The notes under the pieces were generated by a model. It worked only from the letters and a program-made list of their open reading frames with translations. It had not been told where the DNA came from and did no database searches. From positions 2,430,001-2,462,000 of the forward strand of contig NZ_CP053627.1 in assembly GCF_013177435.1 (NCBI RefSeq): 32,000 bases of DNA. The letters are read 5' to 3'. Numbering within the stretch: position 1 is the first letter of the stretch; the number at the start of each line of letters is the position of its first letter. The translations under genes and the position numbers were made by a program. Source of the DNA: Xylella taiwanensis. Its GTDB lineage: Bacteria > Pseudomonadota > Gammaproteobacteria > Xanthomonadales > Xanthomonadaceae. Positions 8,158 through 17,830 of this stretch are shown one piece after another.

Positions 8158-10029
8158 TCAGCAATCCAGTTCAGCCCAACGTGCGTAGGCAGCATCCAGT
8201 TCGACCTGGAGGATGCCCAAACGCTGAGTATCAGCCCCCACCAAAGCGCTATCACGCTGATAAAAATCAGGGGTACTCATCGTCTCAGCCAACGCTGCCA
8301 ACTCTTCTTCCAGACGCTCAATGTGACCAGGTAGCTGTTCCAACTCACGCATGTCCTTGTAGCTGAGCTTACGCTTGGCCGACTCGGACACAGGCATCAC
8401 CACTTCAGATCTGACCGGATGTGGCTCGCGCACCACCATCGCAGTCGACTGCGGACGCTGCCACAGCCAATCACTGTAACCACCCACGTATTCGCCAACC
8501 CTTCCTTCGCTTTCCATGACCAAAGTGGATGTCACGACATTGTCGAGAAAATCGCGATCATGGCTGACCAATAGCAATGTGCCCTTGTAATTGGCCAACA
8601 ACTCCTCAAGTAACTCCAGGGTCTCAACATCCAAGTCGTTGGTCGGCTCGTCCATCACCAAGACATTGGACGGCTGTGCGAACAACTTCGCCAGCAGTAA
8701 CCGGTTACGCTCGCCACCGGACAAGCGGGTGATCGGCGCCCGGGCGCGCTCAGGAGTAAACAAAAAGTCCTGCAGATAAGCATAGAGATGTTTGCGCTTA
8801 CCATTAAGATCAATAAAGTCTGCACCTTCAGCAACATTCTCAATCGCATTCCAGTCTTCACGCAAAATCGCACGATACTGATCAAAGTAAGCAATCTGCA
8901 GATGAGTGCCTACACACACCTCGCCAGCCTGCGGCCGCAACTCACCCAACAACAACTTCAACAACGTGGTCTTGCCACTACCATTGGGGCCAATCAACCC
9001 GATACGGTCACCACGCAAAATTGTGGTGGAGACATCGCACACAATCGTGCGCTCGCCGAACGCAAAACACAAATTCTTCGCCTCAATGACCTTCTTCCCA
9101 GAAAACTCAGCTTGAGCCACCTCTAGCCGTACATGACCACTCAGCTCACGACGTTGACGGCGCTCCATACGCATCTCCTTGAGCCGCCGCACGCGGCCTT
9201 CATCACGAGTGCGACGTGCCTTGATCCCCTGCCGGATCCACATCTCCTCCTCAGCCAACAGCTTGTCGAAGCGGGCATGCTGCTGCGCTTCGAGGTTGAG
9301 CCGCTCCTCACGGCGACGTTCATAATTAGCCCAATTGCCGGGCCAACTAGTAACGTGACCACGGTCGATCTCAACGATGCGAGTCGCCAACGCACGCAGG
9401 AAGCGGCGATCATGGGTGATAAATAGCACACTGCCATCCCAAACCTTGAGGAAACCCTCAAGCCAATCGATCGCCTCAGTATCCAGGTGGTTGGTCGGCT
9501 CATCTAGTAGTAACAAATGAGGCAAAGATACGAGTGCAGACGCCAACAACACACGGCGCTTCATCCCACCAGACAGACACACAAACTCGGCTTCGCCGTT
9601 TAGCTCGAGACGGGTCAACATCTCAGTCACCCTCTGGTCCAGGGACCAAGCGTCGGCGGCATCAATTTTGGATTGCACCTGCGCCAACGCTTCAGTGTCG
9701 AGAACCTCTGCATGACTGAGTTGGTGAAATTCAGACAGCCACCTTCCAGATTCACCAAGGCCGGCAGCGACCACATCGAACACGCTACCATGCATGTCCT
9801 GCGGCACCTCTTGCTCCAAGCGGGCCACACGCACGCCCGGCTGAATACGAATTTCTCCGCTCTCCGGATGCAAATCTCCGACGATCAACCTCATCAGCGT
9901 GGACTTACCAGCACCATTGCGACCGATGAGAGCAATGCGCTCGCCTTGCTCAATACTCAGTGCCACTTTTTCCAGCAACAATGGACCACCAACGCTGTAA
10001 TCGACATTTTGCAGAGTTATCAGGAGCAT
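8158..10029 (-). CDS. uup: ABC-F family ATPase Uup (two ABC cassettes plus a C-terminal coiled-coil)
   Basis: 623 aa. Two Walker A motifs (GRNGAGKST, GPNGSGKTT), two LSGG signatures (LSGGMKRR, LSGGERNR) and two Walker B motifs (LLLLDEPTNHLD, VLVMDEPTNDLD). There are no transmembrane segments. The charged linker and C-terminal coiled-coil are typical of Uup. Confidence 0.88.
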   Translation of the reverse strand: MLLITLQNVDYSVGGPLLLEKVALSIEQGERIALIGRNGAGKSTLMRLIVGDLHPESGEIRIQPGVRVARLEQEVPQDMHGSVFDVVAAGLGESGRWLSEFHQLSHAEVLDTEALAQVQSKIDAADAWSLDQRVTEMLTRLELNGEAEFVCLSGGMKRRVLLASALVSLPHLLLLDEPTNHLDTEAIDWLEGFLKVWDGSVLFITHDRRFLRALATRIVEIDRGHVTSWPGNWANYERRREERLNLEAQQHARFDKLLAEEEMWIRQGIKARRTRDEGRVRRLKEMRMERRQRRELSGHVRLEVAQAEFSGKKVIEAKNLCFAFGERTIVCDVSTTILRGDRIGLIGPNGSGKTTLLKLLLGELRPQAGEVCVGTHLQIAYFDQYRAILREDWNAIENVAEGADFIDLNGKRKHLYAYLQDFLFTPERARAPITRLSGGERNRLLLAKLFAQPSNVLVMDEPTNDLDVETLELLEELLANYKGTLLLVSHDRDFLDNVVTSTLVMESEGRVGEYVGGYSDWLWQRPQSTAMVVREPHPVRSEVVMPVSESAKRKLSYKDMRELEQLPGHIERLEEELAALAETMSTPDFYQRDSALVGADTQRLGILQVELDAAYARWAELDC

Positions 10030-10336
10030 TGGAGCATTGTACGCAGCAGCAACTCACTCAGTCCTCAAGGAGGAAACACAACGACGCGAAAAGAATAGAT
10101 TGCACAGCAATCAAGCAACCCAACACAAAGCAATCCTAGCCATGGCCGCCAGGCCAATCGCATCTTCATTAAGCACAGCAATCTGAATTTTCAGAGGGTA
10201 AGACCGAGGTTCATCAGGACTCTGGGGCAGAGCAACCATGCAACAATATCGGTTAAGCATCTCCGATCCAGCACTTGACCTCACTACTGACACAATAACT
10301 ACGGAGTGTGGGTTAAACACATGACACTATCTCCGA

Positions 10337-11896
10337 TCAAGAACTACAGGACAGCATCGAGCAACCGATACGCCCGCGGGCCCACTCTGGACGCCGCATC
10401 GCATACGCCTCACGTCCCGGCTGAAGGTCATAGGGCCGGCGCATTACCTCCAACAATGCATGCAACTCAGTGAGATCACCTTGCTCAGCACATTCGATCG
10501 CATGCTGTGTCAGATAATTGCGCAGCACATAGCGTGGGTTAGCCAAACGCATACGCTCATGCCGTTCTGTAACCGGCAATGGATCCACAGATAGACGCGC
10601 AGCATAGCGCTGCAGCCAATCACGCAGTATCGGTGCATGTGCATCACGCCTGACAGGATCGTAAAACGCCTCGGCCCACAGTGCCAGACTGTCCGGCATC
10701 TGCGGCTCCCAATCAGCCAAGCCCAGGAAAGTCAGCGTCATATCCATCTCAGCTTGGTGCATGCAGGTACGCAATGCATCAAGCAATCTGAGGTCTTCGT
10801 CAAAGCAAGCAGCCAAGCCGAGTTTGGCCGCAACATCGCGGCGCTCGGCCGCTAAATACGTGGCACGGAATCTTTTCATTCCTGCCTGCAATGGCGTTGC
10901 GTCACCAAACAACGGCGCCAGAGCACGTGCCAAGCAACAAAGGTTCCAATACGCCACCTGCGGCTGAGCACCGAAACGGTAACGTCGACTCTGCGCATCA
11001 GTCACATTTGGAGTCCAATCCAGGTCATTATCATCGATCCAACCGTATGGACCGTAGTCGACAGTCAAGCCCAGAATCGACATGTTGTCTGTATTCATCA
11101 CCCCGTGTACAAAACCAACCCGCATCCAGTGGGCAACAAGCTCAGCGGTACGCGTACAAACCTCGGCAAACCAATCTGCATACAACGTCTCACCTGTGCC
11201 GTGCAAATGAGGATAATCCCGCATGATTGTGAACTCGACCAGTCGACGTAGCAGATCGATATCATCACGTGAAGCAGGTAACTCAAACGTTCCAAAGCGT
11301 ATAAACGAGGGAGCAACACGGCACACAATCGCACTAGGTTCAAGGACCCGACGCCCGTCGTAGAACATGTCACGTATCACCGTATCTCCGGTGGCAATCA
11401 GGCTCAACGCGCGCGTAGTCGGTATCCCAAGATGATGCATCGCCTCACTACACAAGAACTCACGGATCGAGGATCGCAGTACCGCACGGCCGTCAGCGCC
11501 ACGGGAATACGGCGTAGGTCCAGCTCCCTTAAGCTGCAGTTCGTAGTACATCCCATCGGCACCGAGCAATCCACCTAACGTGATCACACGACCATCACCG
11601 AGCTGACCGGCCCAGTGTCCGAATTGATGTCCACCGTAATTAACAGCATACGGCTGCATACCGGGATATAGCGCATTGCCGCCAAACACCTCGACGAAAC
11701 GTGGGCTCACCAATTCCTTCACATCAAAGTTCAATATCGCCGCCACTTCGGATGAATACGCCAGTAGACGGGGTGCAACCACCGGCGTCGGTACCACCAC
11801 AGACCAAGCTGCCAAGACTTGGCGCGGACGTAAGCTGACTTCAGGATCGCAGGGCAGCACATCGATAAAACAGTTGTTAAAGCTCAGTGACCGCAT
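10337..11896 (-). CDS. selO: Protein adenylyltransferase SelO (YdiU/UPF0061 pseudokinase-fold AMPylase)
   Basis: Family hallmarks are present: YGGHQFGHWAGQLGDGRVITLG, LQLKGAGPTPYSRGADGRAVLRSSIREFLCSEAM, HGVMNTDNMSILGLTVDYGPYGW. I chose the ATG at 11896 (MRSLSFNNCFIDVLP) by homology to family N-termini. The 568-aa track ORF has an unsupported 49-aa extension. Confidence 0.9.
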   Translation of the reverse strand: MRSLSFNNCFIDVLPCDPEVSLRPRQVLAAWSVVVPTPVVAPRLLAYSSEVAAILNFDVKELVSPRFVEVFGGNALYPGMQPYAVNYGGHQFGHWAGQLGDGRVITLGGLLGADGMYYELQLKGAGPTPYSRGADGRAVLRSSIREFLCSEAMHHLGIPTTRALSLIATGDTVIRDMFYDGRRVLEPSAIVCRVAPSFIRFGTFELPASRDDIDLLRRLVEFTIMRDYPHLHGTGETLYADWFAEVCTRTAELVAHWMRVGFVHGVMNTDNMSILGLTVDYGPYGWIDDNDLDWTPNVTDAQSRRYRFGAQPQVAYWNLCCLARALAPLFGDATPLQAGMKRFRATYLAAERRDVAAKLGLAACFDEDLRLLDALRTCMHQAEMDMTLTFLGLADWEPQMPDSLALWAEAFYDPVRRDAHAPILRDWLQRYAARLSVDPLPVTERHERMRLANPRYVLRNYLTQHAIECAEQGDLTELHALLEVMRRPYDLQPGREAYAMRRPEWARGRIGCSMLSCSS

Positions 11897-12237
11897 GTGA
11901 ACAAGATACGTTATTATTGCCGCATCCCGGTTACCAAAGGTTGCGCATACTGCGCAAAAGGTATCTTCAGAATCGGCCAGGTCCTCCATAGGGTCGCTCC
12001 AGACCCAGTTAACAATGAGCTGGCATCGAACACTAAATATCACTCAGCAGGCCAATCCCGTCAAAGCCAAACAACGGTTTGGCCCCAACACACATGAGGG
12101 AAGGACTTGAACAGAGCAGAGGATTTGATTCTGCTATGAATCACAAACCACACCACAAAACCGGAAATTAAGACTCCCCAAGAAATGAGGCATAAAAAAT
12201 TTTTATCTATCTTTTGAAAATACGCAGAACTAAAGGA

Positions 12238-12265
12238 AACGCCAGAAGCGTGAACTTCTGGCGTT
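12238..12265 (-). terminator. Rho-independent terminator of cspA
   Basis: Perfect 11-bp stem AACGCCAGAAG / CTTCTGGCGTT with a 6-nt loop, about 30 nt after the cspA stop. On the minus strand it is followed by the moderately T-rich TCCTTTAGTTCTGCGTATTTTC. Confidence 0.6.
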
Positions 12266-12294
12266 CCGAGAACAGTATCTAATTAAATCCTGGA

Positions 12295-12507
12295 TTACAG
12301 AACCTGGACCTGGTCAGCCTGCATACCTTTTTGGCCTTGCACAGCAATGAAGGAAACCTTCTGACCCTCCTGAAGCGACTTAAATCCGTTACCCTGAATC
12401 GCGCGGTAATGGACGAACAGGTCGGGACCAGACTCTGCTGTGATGAAGCCAAAGCCCTTATTATCATTGAACCACTTCACCGTACCTATCTGACGATCAT
12501 CAGACAT
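12295..12507 (-). CDS. cspA: Cold-shock protein, CspA family
   Basis: 70 aa with the RNP1/RNP2 motifs KGFGFI and FVHY ([38 protein letters not shown]). An AGGAG SD (complement of 12514-12518) lies 6 nt before the ATG at 12507. The longer track ORF is not supported. Confidence 0.93.
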   Translation of the reverse strand: MSDDRQIGTVKWFNDNKGFGFITAESGPDLFVHYRAIQGNGFKSLQEGQKVSFIAVQGQKGMQADQVQVL

Positions 12508-13773
12508 TACAAACTCCTGAACAATTGAATGGATAACAGCCACCGAGATCGGGGGCAAAACTGAGTTGCAGGCGTTGGTCAAACGGAACGATGGAGCGGA
12601 TCAGGTGATCGACTGCACCAGGCCACGATTCACGGTGAACCTAGCAAACACAGCACCTCCAACAATACTAGGCTTTTCTTAAAAAATCGACTCCCTGTGA
12701 TTATGCCAACATCCAGCCTATTGGTTGAGGAATGACACAGACAGTATACCCTGCCCTCCCGTCCATGCCTCTCACAATCACTCTGACTAAGAGCAATTTG
12801 TAGAGCAGATTAGGCACATCAACTGAAGCTGCAACACAGGCCCTACACACACTTTGCGGCAATCCGTGTTCATGGTTCAATAAATAATTGATATTGCGTC
12901 TCCGTATCTTCGACCTGTTGGCGTAATCAGCATTAGAATTGACACTATAACTTCAGCCAAGACAATAGCTAAGCTCTGTGCTGCAATGACTCAAGCAACT
13001 AGAGCGAACAGCGAATCAACCTAGACAAGGTTCTCTTGCAAAAGGAACCGCCACCTCAAGGAGACAAAAAACCGTGGTCGACACCCGCACGCCCAGATGG
13101 TCATGCCAAACAGCCTAACTAAACACAGTATCCAACTGAACGTACTGATCCAAGACAGTCTAAGATCAATTCCAAGCGCTAGGCACAGAAACTCAAATCA
13201 CATTGTTGGCCCACATAATACGAAGCACTGAAATGATGACTAAGGCGGTTGACACGCGCTATCGAGATGATCATTACACCTATCACTAACCAACACAGAG
13301 CCGGATACGATTCTAATCATCATCCAAACAAAACAAGATTCTCAAAAATATTATGACTTCCAAAAGCAACCGCTCAATTTCACCAGCACATGGATGAGAT
13401 TGGCTGTGATAATTTCTTGTTCACCAATATTTTTCAAATAGACTCCAGGAAGACGTGGTATTTGTAGAAAGAGGTTTTTGCGACATCATAACATAATGTT
13501 TATAAATTTGATTATTATCACAAAAATTTAATATTAACTGCCAAGGAATTCTAAATCACTCGTTCTAGTGAAATTCTAGCAACGACCTATGTCTAAAATC
13601 TATTGTCTGAAAAAAACATGGCCGCCTTGGCTAAATGAAGCAACCAAGGGATGTAGCATGCTCAGCTTGGCGTTGCCTCGCTAATTGACGCAGTGTTGTC
13701 TGCGAGATCTGACTGCAAGATAAACAAATATACCCACTAGATAAATACCAAATGCATAACATGGCCAAGTTTT

Positions 13774-13789
13774 TGGCACCCTAGTTGCT
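13774..13789 (+). promoter_or_regulatory. Candidate sigma-54 (RpoN) -24/-12 promoter facing the FimX-like gene
   Basis: The sequence is TGGCAC-CCTAG-TTGCT, an exact match to the TGGCAC-N5-TTGCW consensus. It is intergenic, on the same strand as the CDS at 14029 and about 240 nt upstream of it. It is the only exact match I found on either strand. Confidence 0.5.
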
Positions 13790-14028
13790 AATTGATAACA
13801 CAACCAAAAATTACAACACCACCGACATCGATTTAAGCATTACAGAAATGCTACACCTGATGCCTGAATCCTACTTCAGTTCAGCCAAGTGTAGACGTAA
13901 TCAGTTGACCTAGAAGCTTCACAATTCAGTCTGCATATTTCTCTCCCTCGCAAGCATGACGCATTTAAGCCACCATGCAGTGCATGCATAGATTGCTTGT
14001 GTTTCCATCTCATCCCTTGGACTAGCGC

Positions 14029-16101
14029 ATGAAAAAAAATAAAGAACACACGCTACGACTGATGATCATTGACGATAACGCTGAGAATGCAGAATCAATC
14101 GTTACTTTGCTGCGAAATAGCGGCATCGCGGTGAGGCCATCCCGGCCACAGCACCTGGAAGACGTGACCATGATGCTCAGACACCAGATTGACCTGGTAC
14201 TGGCTAGCAATTCCTGCCAAATCCCGCTAAGGGCATTACATCAACAAATTTTCGCTAGTGGCAAGGACGTGCCACTGATCCAACTGACTTGGCAACTAAA
14301 CGAGAAAGAGTGGATCGCCGCAACCAATTTTGGCATCCGCGCAATTGCCTTAAACCACCACCCTAAGCACCTGTTGGAAGTGGTGAACAAAGAGATTGAA
14401 GCACTGCAAGTACGCCGCAATCTACGCCGAGTCGAAGCACAAATGCGGGAGACCGAACGTCGCTGCAACGCACTGATCGCCTCTTCAAGAGATCCGATAG
14501 CCTACGTGCATGAAGGCATGCACATTCACGCCAACCAAGCCTATCTGAGGATATTCGGGTTCGAATCGTTTGAAGACATTGAGGGGCTACCATTGCTAGA
14601 TTTGATTGCAGCACCACATATTGAAGGATTCAAGCATCTGCTCAAAACACTCTCCAAAGGAGAGTCACCGCCTTCGCCGTATAAACTGGATGCACGCCAC
14701 CTGAAAGGGAACATATTCCCTACAACAATGGAGTTCACCGCCACAACCTACGAAAGTGAGCCATGCATACAAGTAGTACTCCGAAACTGCGAGGAATTCA
14801 ACCAAGAATTGGCACGTGAAATCGAAAAACTGCGTCAGCGTGATCCTGTCACAGGTCTGCTGAATCGCCCGGCCTTCATCATCGCACTGGAAGATGCGTT
14901 GACACGCGCCAGCATGAGCAAAGGTCAGTTCGGCTTGCTGCTGGTTGAACCGAACCATTACACGGAGATCCTACAAGAAATCGGCTTGGACTCGGCCGAC
15001 ACGCTCATCACCGCGCTGGCAGATTTTTTTTCTGAAATGATCGATCCAAAAGTGGAAGTGCGAACCGCGCGTTTCTGTGAGACCAAGTTCGCACTACTGC
15101 TAGAGGGCGACTACACACATACCATGAAACTGGCTGAACGAATCCGCATTGACATCGCTCAACACATATTCTTAATTGGCAAACACTCAACCACAGTCAC
15201 AGTGAGCATTGGCGGCGTACAAATCGACGAACGCATCGCCAGTCTGTGCCAAGTACTCTATCACGCGGTCGAGTCAGTTCAGGTTGCCACTCAGCTTGGT
15301 GGCAACACTGTCATCATCTACGACCCAGCAGCAGCAGACCGTGCAGAGGAGCAGCGGATCCAGAACTTACTGAAACAACTGCAGCAAGCACTGGCAAACA
15401 ACGACTTCATCTTTCATTATCAACAGATAATAAGCCTGCAGCAGCAATCCCTGGAGCTATATCAAATTTACCTACGCATGCATGGAAACGAAGAACTAAT
15501 TTCATCGGCTGCTCTGTTAGAGATCGCTAAGAAAAGCGAATTGATCGCACAGATTGATCGATGGGTAGTGGCACGCGCGATCGCGCAGATCGGCGAACGC
15601 CAGCGCGCTGGCCATACCACGCATCTATTGGTACAGATCGATTCGGCTTCGTTTTCCGACCCGGATTTACTCACTATGGTACGCGCAGAATTGGCCGCGC
15701 ACAATGTTCCTGGCGAGCAACTGTGGCTACAAACGCCTGAATCAAAAGTGTTCACGCATTTACATAATGCACAGCAGTTCCTTAGTGAAATCTCAGTACA
15801 GGGCTGCAAGATGGGACTAGAGCAGTTCGGTACAGGGTTGGATTCATTCCAGCTACTCGCACATTTTAAGCCAGCATTCCTGAAATTGGATCGCCACCTG
15901 ACTCAAGACATCAATTCCAACAATAACAGTCTAGAGAAAATTCGTGAGATAACTGCACGTGCGCAAGACACCGGCATTGCAACCTTCGCCGAATTCGTGA
16001 CTGACTCAACTTCGATGAGCGCGTTATTCAACGTTGGTGTGGACTACGTGCAAGGCGATTTCATCGCGCCAATTAGCTCAACAATGAACCACGAGTTCTA
16101 A
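14029..16101 (+). CDS. FimX-like c-di-GMP signalling protein: REC-PAS-GGDEF-EAL with degenerate phospho-acceptor, GGDEF and EAL motifs
   Basis: 690 aa. The N-terminal receiver-like domain has Ala/Ser where the phospho-Asp is expected (IDLVLASNSCQIP). A PAS region follows (SSRDPIAYVHEGMHIHANQAYLRIFGF). The GGDEF domain starts at DPVTGLLNRPAF, but the signature is CETKF in ARFCETKFALLL. The EAL domain starts at FHYQQI, but EAL is QIY (LYQIYLRM), DDFG is EQFG and EGVE is EFVT. The architecture, the length and the pattern of degeneracy match FimX of Pseudomonas and Xanthomonas as I recall them. Confidence 0.78.
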   Translation: MKKNKEHTLRLMIIDDNAENAESIVTLLRNSGIAVRPSRPQHLEDVTMMLRHQIDLVLASNSCQIPLRALHQQIFASGKDVPLIQLTWQLNEKEWIAATNFGIRAIALNHHPKHLLEVVNKEIEALQVRRNLRRVEAQMRETERRCNALIASSRDPIAYVHEGMHIHANQAYLRIFGFESFEDIEGLPLLDLIAAPHIEGFKHLLKTLSKGESPPSPYKLDARHLKGNIFPTTMEFTATTYESEPCIQVVLRNCEEFNQELAREIEKLRQRDPVTGLLNRPAFIIALEDALTRASMSKGQFGLLLVEPNHYTEILQEIGLDSADTLITALADFFSEMIDPKVEVRTARFCETKFALLLEGDYTHTMKLAERIRIDIAQHIFLIGKHSTTVTVSIGGVQIDERIASLCQVLYHAVESVQVATQLGGNTVIIYDPAAADRAEEQRIQNLLKQLQQALANNDFIFHYQQIISLQQQSLELYQIYLRMHGNEELISSAALLEIAKKSELIAQIDRWVVARAIAQIGERQRAGHTTHLLVQIDSASFSDPDLLTMVRAELAAHNVPGEQLWLQTPESKVFTHLHNAQQFLSEISVQGCKMGLEQFGTGLDSFQLLAHFKPAFLKLDRHLTQDINSNNNSLEKIREITARAQDTGIATFAEFVTDSTSMSALFNVGVDYVQGDFIAPISSTMNHEF

Positions 16102-16126
16102 TACAAGCAGCCCTCTTATTTGCTAG

Positions 16127-16137
16127 CCCCCCCCCCC
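16127..16137. repeat. Homopolymeric C11 tract (G11 on the minus strand) in the convergent fimX-like/htpX spacer
   Basis: Counted directly: 11 consecutive C, starting 26 nt after the FimX-like stop. The tract forms the loop between the short inverted arms TTTGCTAG and CT(C)AGCAAA. Confidence 0.95.
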
Positions 16138-16490
16138 ACTCAGCAAAGTTGGGAAAGATACACAAAAATGGCCATTTATCCTTTTTATGAACCATAGTGG
16201 ATTTCAGTTACTAGATCCAAGTGTTCATGAGAAACCTAGAAACATGCACACATCGATCACTACAACTGGCTAATGACTGCATTGCAAATTTTGTTAGCAA
16301 TCAAACCTAAATCCGAGACAAAAATTCAATTGAATGCATTGATCATAAAGAACTCACTTCAAATGTTCATAAGGTCAATAACATAAAACCATCACTGTTA
16401 TGACCATGACCGTAATGAAAAACTATACAAGCCTAACGAACTCCTCAAAGCAAATCCGAGAATGAGGATTAACCAAAGCTACAGTGGATG

Positions 16491-17360
16491 TTACTGTCCA
16501 GCCGCACGAAGTGCAGCGATCCGCTGATTCAGAGGCGGATGGCTCATGAAAAGCTTACGCAAGCCCTCACCGACACCACCAGAAATCCCGAAGGCCTGCA
16601 CCTGTGTCGGCAACGTACTCTGACCACGATTAATCGCAAGCCGTTCTAATGCGGCAATCATTTTAGCACGACCAGCCAAGTATGCACCGCCCTCATCGGC
16701 ACGGAATTCACGATGACGCGAAAACCACATTGTAATCATCGTCGCAAAAAGGCCAAACAACAATTCCAATACCAATATAATCGCGTAATAAGCCACACCA
16801 CGGCCACCATCACGATTACCGGCCAACGTACTGTCAATAAATCCACCAAGTACCCTTGCTAGTACGATCACAAATGTGTTGAGCACCCCCTGTAGCAGCG
16901 CCATGGTAACCATGTCACCGTTGGCGACATGTGCAATCTCATGGCCCAACACTGCCTCGACCTCATCCTGACTCATGTTCTGCAGCAAGCCGGTCGACAC
17001 TGCTACCAGGGCATTATTGCGATCAGGACCAGTTGCAAAGGCATTGACTTCAGTTCCCTCATAGATTCCCACCTCTGGCATGGCGATACCAACGATTTGC
17101 GCTTGCCGACGTACCGTCTCTAGTAACCAGAGCTCGGTTGGATTTCGCGGCTGCCCGATCACATAGGCACCAGTGGTACGCTTAGCGATGACCTTAGATA
17201 TCAATAGCGAGATAAGCGAACCACCGAAGCCAAAAATTACGGCTATGACAAACAGTCCCCCCATTTGAGTCGCATTGACACCCAGCAGGGACATCACAAT
17301 ACTAGCCAAAACCAACACCGCAAAGTTAGTTATGGCAAATAAGACAATACGATTAAACAT
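16491..17360 (-). CDS. htpX: Membrane zinc metalloprotease HtpX (M48 family)
   Basis: Zinc-binding site [11 protein letters not shown], four hydrophobic segments, and a C-terminal [12 protein letters not shown] typical of HtpX. The ATG at 17360 ([13 protein letters not shown]) matches family N-termini. A GGAG lies 10 nt upstream. Confidence 0.92.
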   Translation of the reverse strand: MFNRIVLFAITNFAVLVLASIVMSLLGVNATQMGGLFVIAVIFGFGGSLISLLISKVIAKRTTGAYVIGQPRNPTELWLLETVRRQAQIVGIAMPEVGIYEGTEVNAFATGPDRNNALVAVSTGLLQNMSQDEVEAVLGHEIAHVANGDMVTMALLQGVLNTFVIVLARVLGGFIDSTLAGNRDGGRGVAYYAIILVLELLFGLFATMITMWFSRHREFRADEGGAYLAGRAKMIAALERLAINRGQSTLPTQVQAFGISGGVGEGLRKLFMSHPPLNQRIAALRAAGQ

Positions 17361-17830
17361 ATAACACATACTCCAGAAGGGGCATAAAAATACCATTAAA
17401 ATGCCCTTTCAATCACACTTAAAATCAACAGATAAGCTGATTGAATCTACGGAGAGAGCTTTGCGCATTTGCCTATCACCCCTTCACTAACAAGGAATGG
17501 CTGGTTGAAAATTATAAACTTGAACAGAGCACGTGAATTATCCGGTACTACTGATGCGCAACTACAAACCCTAGTAGCGTTCATCCTACACCCAATCGCA
17601 CCTATGGCAGCGCGATCCGCTCCACCTCATCGCATTCGACAGATTTTAGATAACAGTCTAGTCTTTACGTGTTCTTGCAGCCATACTGATCTGGTCGAAA
17701 CGATAGCTTACACCACTACCAAATGCGCACGATGTGCGTCTACACGTCTCTCCTTGTAGCATATTAATTTTTGAGATATTCTACAAAGATATATCAGAGA
17801 CGGCGTGCCGACACTACATGTAACTTGCGA

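Noticed and set aside
7779-8366. ORFs 7786-8334 (+, 182 aa), 7779-8255 (-, 158 aa) and 7799-8014 (-) overlapping the barstar-like gene and the 3' end of uup
   Set aside because: These are alternative frames of two genes with clear family matches. Their translations are Cys/Trp/His-rich with no motifs, so they are frame artefacts.
10111-10320. 69-aa minus-strand ORF in the selO-uup spacer
   Set aside because: It has only a GTG start, no SD and no recognisable motif, and it is short. It could be a small relic, but I cannot support a call.
14558-14567. GGTTCGAATC, a tRNA T-loop-like motif
   Set aside because: It lies inside the FimX-like CDS. The flanking bases cannot form a T-stem (TCGGG versus CGTTT), and there is no acceptor or anticodon arm. 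I found no tRNA anywhere in the window.
16310-16465. The 10-mer AAATCCGAGA occurs twice about 140 nt apart in the fimX-like/htpX spacer
   Set aside because: The flanks do not extend the match. A single short repeat pair has no supporting structure or context.
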